Of a stretch of 64,000 nucleotides of DNA, positions 54,214 to 62,953 are shown piece after piece; position 1 is the first letter of the stretch, and each line of letters opens with the position of its first letter. The stretch is taken from NCBI GenBank assembly GCA_035353615.1, contig DAOPZY010000007.1, forward strand, positions 20,373-84,372. Direction: 5' to 3'. The notes under the pieces are model-generated. The model saw nothing but the letters and a program-made list of their open reading frames with translations, was not told the DNA's origin and did not search any database. Made by a program: the position numbers and the translations under genes. Source of the stretch: Candidatus Limiplasma sp. GTDB lineage: Bacteria; Bacillota; Clostridia; Christensenellales; Aristaeellaceae.

Positions 54214-55266
54214 TTAACCGGTGATGATGCGCCCCACGTCCCGGAAGGTGAAAAAGATCATCAACCCCAGCAGCAAGGCATACCCAACCAGATGAACCGT
54301 GTTTTCAATTTTGCGGTTGATCGGCTTGCGGCGGATCGCTTCCAGCAGCATAAACACCAGCCGACTGCCGTCCAGCCCGGGGATGGGCAGCAGGTTCACT
54401 AAGCCAAGGTTGATGCTGATAATCACCGCGAGGTTCAGGAATATCTCAAACCCGCCCTGTTGCGTTTGCTGCGCCACCATCTGCACCACGCCCACGGGGC
54501 CGGCGGCGTCGTTCGCGCCCTCGCCGGTGGTCACAAGCTTACCGAGCGAATCCAGAATCACGGTGGACGCATACACACAGCTGTTCCACGCGGCCGGGAT
54601 CACCTCGCCCGCCTGCAAGCGCGCGTATGCCTGAATGCCAATGCCGATCCGGTTGCGCTGGGCGGATTCATCATACACCGGGGTAACAGTCAGGTTCAGG
54701 CTTTGACCGTCGCGCGTTACCGTAAGCGTCACGCTTTGCCCGGCGGGCGCGGCCGAGATGGCCTCGGTCAGCCCGTTCGCGTCGCCAATGCCGATCGATT
54801 GACCGTTCACGGCGGTCAGCACGTCGCCGGGCTGCAAACCCGCCTCCGCCGCCGGCATGTTTACCTCCACGTTATCCACAAAGGGTTGCGCCACGGTGTA
54901 GCCGTATCCGGCCATCAGGCACAGCGCGACCGCGAAGGCAAGCACAAAGTTCATCAGCGGGCCGCAAAACACCGTGAGCATCCGCTTCCAAACAGCCGCC
55001 TTGTCAAACGCGCGGGGATCGTCCGCGTTGCCCTGATCGGTTTCATCGCCGTAAAACATGCAGTAGCCGCCCAGCGGAAAGGGGCGCACGGTAAACAGCG
55101 TTTCATGCTTTTTGCTTTTCCACTGCACAAGCTTGGGGCCAAAGCCGATGGAATACTCCTTCACGGCGATGCCGGTCAGGCGCGCGGCCACAAAATGGCC
55201 AAACTCATGCACCGTAATCAGCACGCCCAAGAGCACAATCGCCAGCAAAACATACAGGATGGTCAT
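54214..55266 (-). CDS. rseP: RIP metalloprotease RseP (site-2 protease)
   Basis: 350 aa from ATG 55266, with the HEFGHF zinc motif, a central PDZ domain and the C-terminal NLLPIPGLDG motif. Confidence 0.92.
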   Translation of the reverse strand: MTILYVLLAIVLLGVLITVHEFGHFVAARLTGIAVKEYSIGFGPKLVQWKSKKHETLFTVRPFPLGGYCMFYGDETDQGNADDPRAFDKAAVWKRMLTVFCGPLMNFVLAFAVALCLMAGYGYTVAQPFVDNVEVNMPAAEAGLQPGDVLTAVNGQSIGIGDANGLTEAISAAPAGQSVTLTVTRDGQSLNLTVTPVYDESAQRNRIGIGIQAYARLQAGEVIPAAWNSCVYASTVILDSLGKLVTTGEGANDAAGPVGVVQMVAQQTQQGGFEIFLNLAVIISINLGLVNLLPIPGLDGSRLVFMLLEAIRRKPINRKIENTVHLVGYALLLGLMIFFTFRDVGRIITG

Positions 55267-55376
55267 CCGCAATCCCTCCATGCGGCAAAATACGCCGCGT
55301 CGGTTTTGAAAACTCGGCTTCCGGGGCGCGCGCACGGGCCGTCCCACCGCCATGCGCCCGTTGTCACTTCAAAAAC

Positions 55377-56546
55377 TCAGGTCAGCAGCGCGCGGGCAAC
55401 TTCCCTTGCGCGGCGGTCTGCCTCCAGCACCTGCCCAAGCGTGCCGGCGGGGAGGTTGCCCACCCGTTGCAGCGTTTCCTCCACCACGGCGTAGATCCGG
55501 CCCACCGTCACGGGCGACGGGCCGTGATCCCGTAAGAACGCGCCAACCGCTTCCTCATTGGCCGCGTTGAGCATGCAGCAGGCCGCGCCGCCCGCCGCGA
55601 GGCATTCATACGCCAGCCGCAGCGAGGGAAAACGCACCGGATCGGGGCGTTCAAACGTAAGCTCCTTCAGGGTAAAAAAGTCCAGCTTCGGGCCGCCCGT
55701 CGGCAAGCGGTCCGGGTAGGCCATCGCGTACAGGATGGGCAGGCGCATGTCCGGCGTGCCGAGCTGCGCCAGCACGGCCCCGTCCGCAAAACCGACCGCG
55801 CTGTGCACCACGCTTTGCGGGTGAATCAGCACCTGAATCTGCGATGGTTCCACGTGAAACAGATAACGCGCCTCGATCACTTCCAGCGCTTTGTTAAACA
55901 GCGTTGCGCAGTCCACGGTGATCTTTTGCCCCATGGTCCACGTTGGGTGCCGGAGCGCCTGCTCCCGGGTGGCGCGGTCAATTTCCGCCTTGCCCAAAGT
56001 GCGGAAAGGCCCGCCCGAGCAGGTGAGGTAGAGGGTTTCCATGGGGTTTGAGCCTGCGCCCTGCAAGCACTGAAAAACGGCGCTGTGCTCGCTGTCCACC
56101 GGCAGCAGGGTGTGTTCGCCCGCCCGCGCCGCCGCGTCCGTCACCAACTGGCCGCCCGCGACCAGCGCTTCTTTGTTGGCAAGCAGCACCCGCTTTTTTT
56201 GCGCCAGCGCGGCCAGCACGCTTTCCAGCCCCGCCATACCCACCACGGCCACAAGCACATCCTGCGCCTCGGAAAGCGCGGCCGCCTCCAAAAGCGCGGC
56301 CCGGCCGAACGACCAGCGGCAAAAGCGCAAATCCTCCGGCACATCCGCCATGGTAAACCGCCCGTCCGTGAGCGCCGCAAACGCGGGCCGAAACGCCCGC
56401 ACCTGCTCAAAAAGCTTTTCCCGGTTTCCGTGCGCGGTTAACGCGACCACCTCAAAGCGCTCCGCATGGCGCGCGGCCACGTCCAGCGCCTGTGTGCCGA
56501 TGCTGCCAGTACTGCCAAGCACGGCTAAACGGCGTTTGATCTCCAT
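55377..56546 (-). CDS. dxr: 1-deoxy-D-xylulose 5-phosphate reductoisomerase
   Basis: 389 aa from ATG 56546. NADPH motif LAVLGSTGSIGTQ, and DXR motifs LLPVDSEHSA and HPQSVVHS. Confidence 0.93.
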   Translation of the reverse strand: MEIKRRLAVLGSTGSIGTQALDVAARHAERFEVVALTAHGNREKLFEQVRAFRPAFAALTDGRFTMADVPEDLRFCRWSFGRAALLEAAALSEAQDVLVAVVGMAGLESVLAALAQKKRVLLANKEALVAGGQLVTDAAARAGEHTLLPVDSEHSAVFQCLQGAGSNPMETLYLTCSGGPFRTLGKAEIDRATREQALRHPTWTMGQKITVDCATLFNKALEVIEARYLFHVEPSQIQVLIHPQSVVHSAVGFADGAVLAQLGTPDMRLPILYAMAYPDRLPTGGPKLDFFTLKELTFERPDPVRFPSLRLAYECLAAGGAACCMLNAANEEAVGAFLRDHGPSPVTVGRIYAVVEETLQRVGNLPAGTLGQVLEADRRAREVARALLT

Positions 56547-57044
56547 ATCCAAATCCTGTTCTCTCTGCCGCGCGCTTTGGCGGCGGCAAAGGCATTTGCT
56601 GATTCCTTGGGCCAGCGTCTGACCGGCCTGCGCGGGCCGCGCCGTCAATGCGGTGAAACGCCTTGCGCAACGCTGCCAAACCCTATTGTAGCGGTCGCGC
56701 GGCAGGTTGTCAAATGATCCGGAAACACATGCGTTAACAGCTTCCCATCCAGATGATCATGAGACGCGCGCGGTAAGCGTCTTCCCGGCAGGCGCGGGCC
56801 ACAGGGGGCAAGCCTGCGGCATACGGAGCCGATACCCAGCGCCCAAAACCCGCCCGCGCCTTCGCCGCCCGCTCCGGTATGCGCCTCTGCCCCCATTGAC
56901 CATCAGGAGCAACAGGCCGCAAGGCGATTCCCGCCCGCGCCATCAAACGCTCCTATATCATCCAACACTGAGTAGGCGGCGACGCATCCCCTCCGCCGGG
57001 GAAAAGACCGAATTGTACTTTTACGCGGCAAGCGCCCGGTTCCG

Positions 57045-57073
57045 TTGCGCGCGCGCGGGTTGGCGAGTATAAT
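57045..57073 (+). promoter_or_regulatory. Candidate promoter for the M42 peptidase operon
   Basis: TTGCGC (57045-57050), a 17-nt spacer, then TATAAT (57068-57073). Confidence 0.5.
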
Positions 57074-57207
57074 AAAACTGTTGTCGCCCGCGCGGCCTAC
57101 GCGCCACAGTGAAATCCGCATGCCCCGCAAAGCGCGCCCATCGCAACCGCGCTGCCTCGGCGCGCCGCCCCCGGCAACCCCTACCGTTAAAGAAAGGCGG
57201 TACCTGC

Positions 57208-58287
57208 ATGGATATCCTTACCTATCTGCAAGGGGCAAGCACGCAGTTCGGCCCCAGCGGGCACGAGTACGAAACAGCCCAATGGCTGAAAACCCGCTTT
57301 GAACCCCTGTGCGACAGCGTGGTGATCGATCCGCTGTTTAACGTGCTGGCAACCCTGAACCCAACCGTCAAACCCGCGCGGGGCGGTCGCGCCCCCAAAA
57401 TTCTGATGTGCGCCCATATGGACGAAATTGCCCTCATGGTCACCGACATCCTCAAGGACGGTTCGCTTCGCATGGGCAATGTTGGCGGGGTGGATCCGCG
57501 CATCCTCCCAGCCGCGACCGTCACCGTGCATTGTCGCCCGGACAGCGGCAAGCCCCAGAACCTGACGGGCGTGATCGGCGCCAAGGCCCCTCATCTGCTG
57601 ACCGATGAAGAACGCAAGCAAAACTACAGGCGGGACGATCTGTACATCGACCTTGGCTTGCCGGTTGAACGGGTGCGTAAGCTGGTGCACATCGGCGATC
57701 TGGTTACCCTGAACGGCCCGGCCATCGGGCTGCTGAACGGCCTCGCCGCCGGAAAAACCATGGACGACCGCGCCTGCGTCGGCGTGATGCTGGAAGCCGC
57801 CGAACGGCTGCAACACCTGAGCCACGCTGCGGAGATTGTCTTTGCCTGCACCACGCAGGAGGAGGTTGGCTCCCGGGGCGCGAAGGTCGCGGCCCACACC
57901 GTAAACCCGGATTTGGCCATTGTGATGGATGTTAGCCACGCGCCCATTCCAGCCAGCCGCCCGGACACCACCGTGCCGCTGGACGCGCCCGCCGCCACCT
58001 ACGGCCCCTTCATTCAATACCGCCTGCTGGAACGTTTGCAGGAAACCGCAAGCCTCAACGGCATCAAGCTGAATACCGAGCCGGCCGAACGCTCCACCGG
58101 CACCGATACCGACAATGTGCAGATCGCGCGCGAAGGCATCCCCTGCGTGCTGATTGATTTGCCGCTCAAGTATATGCACACCACCGTTGAGCTTTTGGAC
58201 ACCAACGTAATCCGCGAGTGCGGGCGGCTTTGCGCCCAGTTCGCCGCCGGAATTGATGAAGGGTGGGACGATTCGCTATGGATTTGA
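57208..58287 (+). CDS. M42 family metallopeptidase (TET/FrvX-like aminopeptidase), paralogue 1
   Basis: 359 aa from ATG 57208. Motifs PSGHE, CAHMDEIALMV, DDRACV, TTQEEVGSRGA and KYMHT. Confidence 0.85.
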   Translation: MDILTYLQGASTQFGPSGHEYETAQWLKTRFEPLCDSVVIDPLFNVLATLNPTVKPARGGRAPKILMCAHMDEIALMVTDILKDGSLRMGNVGGVDPRILPAATVTVHCRPDSGKPQNLTGVIGAKAPHLLTDEERKQNYRRDDLYIDLGLPVERVRKLVHIGDLVTLNGPAIGLLNGLAAGKTMDDRACVGVMLEAAERLQHLSHAAEIVFACTTQEEVGSRGAKVAAHTVNPDLAIVMDVSHAPIPASRPDTTVPLDAPAATYGPFIQYRLLERLQETASLNGIKLNTEPAERSTGTDTDNVQIAREGIPCVLIDLPLKYMHTTVELLDTNVIRECGRLCAQFAAGIDEGWDDSLWI

Positions 58288-59306
58288 AAACCCTTTGTGA
58301 GGCGCAGGGCTTGAGCGGACGGGAAGAAAAAATCCGCCGCATGGCGCTGGACGCCTGCGTAAAAGCCTTTGGGCAAAGCGCCGTAACGCTGGACGGCCTT
58401 GGCAGCGTGATCGCGCGGCGCAAGGGCGCGAACAGCGCCAAGCCCACCGTGATGCTCGCCGCCCATATGGACGAAGTGGGCCTGATGGTGATTTCCGCTA
58501 CCGAGGAAGGGTTGCTCCGCTTCCGCGCCATTGGCGGGGTTGACGCGCGGGTGCTGGTTTCCAAGCGGGTGCGCGTGGGTTACGAGGCAGAGGGCAAGCC
58601 CTCGCTCCCCGGGGTTATCGGCGCGCTCGCCATCCATCTGCAAACCGCGGAGGACCGTAAAACCGTGCTGCCCATTGAACAGCTTTACATTGACATCGGC
58701 GCCAAGGACAAGGCCGAGGCCGAACGTTTAGCGCCGGCCGGCACGCTGGTCACGTTTGATACGCCCTATACCCCCTTTGGCGACGGCTGCGTGCTTGCCA
58801 AGGCGTTTGACGACCGCGTGGGCGTGTATAATCTGTTACGCCTGCTGGACGCGCCCTATGACGGCGATCTGGTTTTCGCCTTCACCAGCCAGGAGGAAGC
58901 CGGCTGCCGGGGCGCGGTGAGCGCCGGTTACAGCGTGCAGCCTGATATTGCGCTGATTTTGGAATGTACCTCCGCCAACGACCTTGGGGAAACCCCGGAG
59001 GCGTTGCAGGTGTGCCGCGTGGGCCAAGGCGTATGCGTTTCCTTTATGGACAACGCCTCCATCGGCGACGCGGAACTGTACCGCGCCCTGCTCGCCACCG
59101 GCGAGGCTCAGGGCATTCCCCACCAGATCAAGCAGTTTGTTTCCGGCGGCAACGACGCGGGTTCCATTCAGCGTTCCGGCGCGGGAAGCCGCACGCTGGC
59201 TCTCTCAGTGCCCTGCCGCAACATACACAGCCCCGCGTGCGTCTGCTCTGTGCGCGATATCGATTCTCAGGAAGCGCTGACCCGCGCCTACCTGCAAAGC
59301 CTGTAA
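58278..59306 (+). CDS. M42 family metallopeptidase, paralogue 2
   Basis: 342 aa overlapping paralogue 1 by 10 nt. Motifs LSGREE, AAHMDEVGLMV, DDRVGV, TSQEEAGCRGA and CRNIHS. Confidence 0.85.
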   Translation: MDLKTLCEAQGLSGREEKIRRMALDACVKAFGQSAVTLDGLGSVIARRKGANSAKPTVMLAAHMDEVGLMVISATEEGLLRFRAIGGVDARVLVSKRVRVGYEAEGKPSLPGVIGALAIHLQTAEDRKTVLPIEQLYIDIGAKDKAEAERLAPAGTLVTFDTPYTPFGDGCVLAKAFDDRVGVYNLLRLLDAPYDGDLVFAFTSQEEAGCRGAVSAGYSVQPDIALILECTSANDLGETPEALQVCRVGQGVCVSFMDNASIGDAELYRALLATGEAQGIPHQIKQFVSGGNDAGSIQRSGAGSRTLALSVPCRNIHSPACVCSVRDIDSQEALTRAYLQSL

Positions 59307-59346
59307 CATTCATTCGGAAACACAGCCATAGAAAGGATGATTCTTC

Positions 59347-60336
59347 GTGGAGGAACTCATCAGAAAGTTAACCGCCGCCTACGGCCCCTCCGGCCGCGAA
59401 GGCGAAGTCGCCGACCTGATTGAAAGCTTACTGAAAGGAAAGGTGGACAGCATCCGCCGCGATGCGCTGGGCAACCTTATCTGCGAAAAAAAGGGCACCG
59501 CCAAGGATGGCCGGCGCATCATGTTTTCCGCGCACATGGATCAGATTGGCCTGATTGTAACCCATGCGGAAAAGGAAGGGTACCTGCGCGTGAGTAATGT
59601 CGGCGGCATTTTCATCGCCAACAGCCGCATGCGCCACGTGCGTTTCCAAAACGGCGTGCACGGCGTTTTGGTGGAGCAGCCCCTCAAGCCGGGGGAAACC
59701 AGCTCCATGCGCACCTATTACATCGATATTGGCGCAAACAGCGCGGACGAAGCCCTGCGCAAGGTGCAGCTGGGGGACGTCGCCATTTACGCCGAGGAGT
59801 GCTTCACCCTTGGCGAGCGGCGGCTGGCCGCGCCCGCGATGGACGACCGTTGCGCCTGCGCGCTGCTGGTGAGCCTGATGCAGGCCCTGCCGCCCTGCAA
59901 GGATACCGTGATCGCCGTTTTCAGCACGCAGGAGGAAGTGGGCTGCCGGGGCGGCAAAACCGCCGCGTACAGCGTGGAGCCGGACGTCGGCATCGCGCTG
60001 GACGTGACGCTCTGCGGCGATCAGCCGGAGGACCGAAAGCTCGCCATCAACCTGGGCGAAGGCCCCGCCGTCAAAATCATGGATATGCTCAGCATCAGCA
60101 ACCCGGAGCTGGTGCAGGCTTTGCTGGCCGCCGCCAAGCGCGCGAAGATCCCCTGCCAGCGGGAAGTGCTGCCCTTTGGCGGCACGGACGCGGGCGCCAT
60201 GCAGCTCACGCGCGGCGGCATGCCGGTGTGCACCCTCAGCATCCCCAGCCGCAACGTGCATTCCAGCTGCGAAATCGTGGATCTGAATGACCTGGAAAAC
60301 GCGCAAAAGCTGTTGCTGGCGTACCTGAAAGGGTAA
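59347..60336 (+). CDS. M42 family metallopeptidase, paralogue 3
   Basis: 329 aa with a GTG start. Motifs PSGREGE, SAHMDQIGLIV, DDRCAC, STQEEVGCRGG and SRNVHS. Confidence 0.85.
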   Translation: MEELIRKLTAAYGPSGREGEVADLIESLLKGKVDSIRRDALGNLICEKKGTAKDGRRIMFSAHMDQIGLIVTHAEKEGYLRVSNVGGIFIANSRMRHVRFQNGVHGVLVEQPLKPGETSSMRTYYIDIGANSADEALRKVQLGDVAIYAEECFTLGERRLAAPAMDDRCACALLVSLMQALPPCKDTVIAVFSTQEEVGCRGGKTAAYSVEPDVGIALDVTLCGDQPEDRKLAINLGEGPAVKIMDMLSISNPELVQALLAAAKRAKIPCQREVLPFGGTDAGAMQLTRGGMPVCTLSIPSRNVHSSCEIVDLNDLENAQKLLLAYLKG

Positions 60337-60406
60337 CTGGCACGCGGGGGATTTTACGGGATCAGGCGAGGCGCCAAAGCATCCCTGCCCAAAAAACAAT
60401 CATCGC

Positions 60407-60850
60407 GGAGGCGGCCCGTTTGCGGGTCGCCTCCGTCAGCTTATTAAAAAAGGTGGGATTCTAAAGGGCCGAAGGTCCTTTAGCGGGGTTTGGGGCGGTG
60501 CCCCAACGTTCCAATCGGCGTAGCCGTAAGCATCTCAGCGATGCCGCCGCAGGCGGCGAGCTACGTTGCAGCTGTACAGAACAGTTTCTTTGACAGTCTG
60601 GCGGAGGCGGCTCGTTTGCGGGCCGCCTCCGTTTCAAACCTCTGATAAACCGAATTGAGTTCATAAGCCGCGCCACATTGTGCCTTCGGCACTCGTGGCG
60701 CTTACGTTGAATGCGTTACCCCATCAGGCCTCCGGCGGGCAGGGAGCAACGCCGATGCGCCCACAGGGGCTTTGCCCTTGACCCATTTTCGCTGCGGCGA
60801 GGGTTTTTCAGCAGCCTAAAACGGAGGCGGCCCGTTCCCGGGCCGCCTCC
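60407..60850. repeat. Three copies of one GC-rich hairpin (ggaggcggcYc-loop-gggYcgcctcc) plus repeat-family fragments in a convergent intergenic region
   Basis: The hairpins are at 60407-60434, 60603-60630 and 60823-60850. Between them lie a tttggggcggtgccccaa hairpin (about 60488-60510), an inverted module D (about 60672-60705) and an inverted module A (about 60772-60812). Confidence 0.8.
60816..60850 (-). terminator. Terminator after the phosphoglucomutase gene
   Basis: 11-bp stem ggaggcggccc / gggccgcctcc. On the - strand it is followed by GTTTTAGG, 20 nt after the stop codon. Confidence 0.6.
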
Positions 60851-60870
60851 GCACCTATTTCGCCATGCTC

Positions 60871-62592
60871 TCAGGCATTCAAAAGCTTCGTCGCCTCCTG
60901 CGTCAGGTGGGTCAGCAGCTTTTCGGCCTCCGCGCGTTCCCTGTGGTTCACATTCACATACAGCTTAATTTTCGGCTCGGTTCCGCTGGGGCGCACGCAC
61001 ACAAAGTGCCCGCCCTCCATGGCAAAATAGAGCACGTCGCTTTCGGGGTAACTCAGCTTTTCCACCTTGCCGGTGGCAACCTCGGTGCGCGTGCCGGCAA
61101 GAATGTCCAACACCTGCGCAACCTTTACGCCGCCAATGGCACGGGGCGGATTCTTCCGGATGCGAGCCATGGCTTCGGCCATCAGCTTCAGGCCGTCCAC
61201 GCCGGGCATGGTGGTGCTTTCCACATGCTCCAGATAGTAGCCGTAGGTTTGGTAAATCTCGTTCATCACATCGGCCAAAGTTTTGCCCTGCGCCTTGTAG
61301 TAGGCGGCGGCTTCGGCAATCAGCAGGCTGGCGTTCACGCCGTCCTTGTCGCGCACAAAGGTGCTGGAAAGGAAGCCATAGCTTTCCTCAAAACCAAACA
61401 GGAACGTATGGCTGCCGGTATCCTCAAACTGCTGAATCATTTCGCCGATAAACTTAAAACCGGTCAGCGTGTCAAACAGCGCTACGCCGTGCGCATCGCA
61501 GATGGGCTTGGCCAGCTGGGTGGACACGATGGATTTGACCACCGCGCCGTTGGCCGGAAGGGAGCCGTTCGCTTTTTTGGTGGAAAGGATGTAATACATC
61601 ATCAGGCAGCCGATCTGGTTACCGGTCAGCAGGCGGAACTGCCCGCTGTGTTCGCGCACGGCCACACCCAACCGATCGCAATCCGGGTCGGTGGCAAAGC
61701 ATACCTCCGCGCCCACCTCGTTAGCCAGCTGAATGGCCAGGGTAAACGCGTTGGGGTCCTCCGGGTTGGGCACCTTGATGGTGCTGAAGTTGGGGTCCGG
61801 CATTTCCTGCGCCTTCACAACGCTTACGTTGGTGATGCCGATCTCCTTTAAAATCCTCCGCACGGGCACATTGCCGCTGCCGTGGAGGGGCGTGTAGACA
61901 ATTTTCAGGGTTTTGCCCTCGTCGCGCACAATTTCCGGGTTGATGGAAAGGGTTTTAACCCGGCGAATGTATTCGTCGTCCACGTCGGCGTTGCCAATCA
62001 GGGTCAGCAGACCCTGCGCACGGGCGGTATCCGCGTCGATCTTTTTGGCGGCGGTGTAATCCAGCGCCTCAATGGCGGCGGTAACCTCGTCGGCTGTTTC
62101 CGGGCCAATCTGCGCGCCGTCCGGCCCATACACCTTGTAACCGTTGTACTGCGGCGGGTTGTGGCTGGCGGTAATCACCACGCCCGCGTCGGCTTTCAGG
62201 TGGCGCACCGCGAAGGACAGGATGGGCACCGGGCGCAGGGCGTCAAACAGCTTGGCATGCACGCCGTTGGCAGCCAGCACCAGAGCGGTTTCCATGGCAA
62301 ACTCCGCGCTTTTGCGGCGGCTGTCATACGCGATGACCACAGTAGGTTGGTTTCCATGCGCGTTCAAATAGTTGGCAAGCCCCTGCGTTGCGCGGCCGAC
62401 GGTGTAACCGTTCATCCGGTTGGTCCCTGCGCCCAGCACGCCGCGCATTCCGGCGGTGCCAAAGCTTAGGCTGCGGTAGAAGCGATCTTCCTTTTCCTTT
62501 TCGTCCCCGGCAATCGCCCTGAGTTCCGTGACCGTTTCCGTATCCGAGGCAAATTGATTAAGCCAGGCCTCGTATTGATCCCGATAGCTCAT
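60871..62592 (-). CDS. Phosphoglucomutase / phosphomannomutase (alpha-D-phosphohexomutase)
   Basis: 573 aa from ATG 62592 (RBS AAGGAG). Active-site loop TASHNPPQYNGYK and metal loop FATDPDCDR. Confidence 0.92.
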   Translation of the reverse strand: MSYRDQYEAWLNQFASDTETVTELRAIAGDEKEKEDRFYRSLSFGTAGMRGVLGAGTNRMNGYTVGRATQGLANYLNAHGNQPTVVIAYDSRRKSAEFAMETALVLAANGVHAKLFDALRPVPILSFAVRHLKADAGVVITASHNPPQYNGYKVYGPDGAQIGPETADEVTAAIEALDYTAAKKIDADTARAQGLLTLIGNADVDDEYIRRVKTLSINPEIVRDEGKTLKIVYTPLHGSGNVPVRRILKEIGITNVSVVKAQEMPDPNFSTIKVPNPEDPNAFTLAIQLANEVGAEVCFATDPDCDRLGVAVREHSGQFRLLTGNQIGCLMMYYILSTKKANGSLPANGAVVKSIVSTQLAKPICDAHGVALFDTLTGFKFIGEMIQQFEDTGSHTFLFGFEESYGFLSSTFVRDKDGVNASLLIAEAAAYYKAQGKTLADVMNEIYQTYGYYLEHVESTTMPGVDGLKLMAEAMARIRKNPPRAIGGVKVAQVLDILAGTRTEVATGKVEKLSYPESDVLYFAMEGGHFVCVRPSGTEPKIKLYVNVNHRERAEAEKLLTHLTQEATKLLNA

Positions 62593-62953
62593 CAGCAGGC
62601 TCCTTTCCATGACAGGCATGGTGTTTTTTACGGTGCGGCACAGCCTTCCCAACACGCGCGGCTGATGCGGAACGCTTTCGCGGTGCGTTTCGGCCTCGCG
62701 GCTCCCCGCGTGCCGGTGGAGGCGGGTCATTCAGTTTTTCCCGCAGTCGGCTGTCGCTAAGGTTATTATAGCCGTTTCGGCACAGCTTTGTAAACACTTT
62801 TCAACCCGGGTAATCAGCCGCCCGCGCCGTAAGTCAAGCGGCCGGGAAGGCGGCGGTTAAAACCGCAACCGCCTTGCGCGCGCCCCCGTTATGGCGTACA
62901 ATATTCATCAGCCGATATCCGTCGGCAATCGCTGCTCAAAGGAAGGTTTCTCT

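Noticed and set aside
56547-57207. Unannotated gene in the 660-bp divergent region between dxr and the M42 operon (for example ORF 56707-57072)
   Set aside because: The translations are Pro/Arg-rich with no RBS or motif. The region contains plausible divergent promoters (TACAAT on the - strand near 56682-56687; TTGCGC-17-TATAAT on the + strand), so it is best read as regulatory spacer.
351-61851. Many long ORFs in the six-frame track that lie antisense to or out of frame with the annotated genes. Examples: 351-1412(-), 2097-3224(-), 9495-10598(-), 14796-15968(-), 19082-19951(-), 25176-26045(-), 29875-30858(-), 32743-33861(-), 33758-34747(-), 41901-43817(+), 45341-46726(+), 49555-51441(+), 54460-55494(+), 59428-60399(-) and 60865-61851(+).
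   Set aside because: Each overlaps a gene with clear family motifs on the other strand or in another frame. Their translations are Arg/Ala/Gly/Pro/His-rich low-complexity strings without motifs or RBS. Long stop-free shadow frames are expected in GC-rich DNA.
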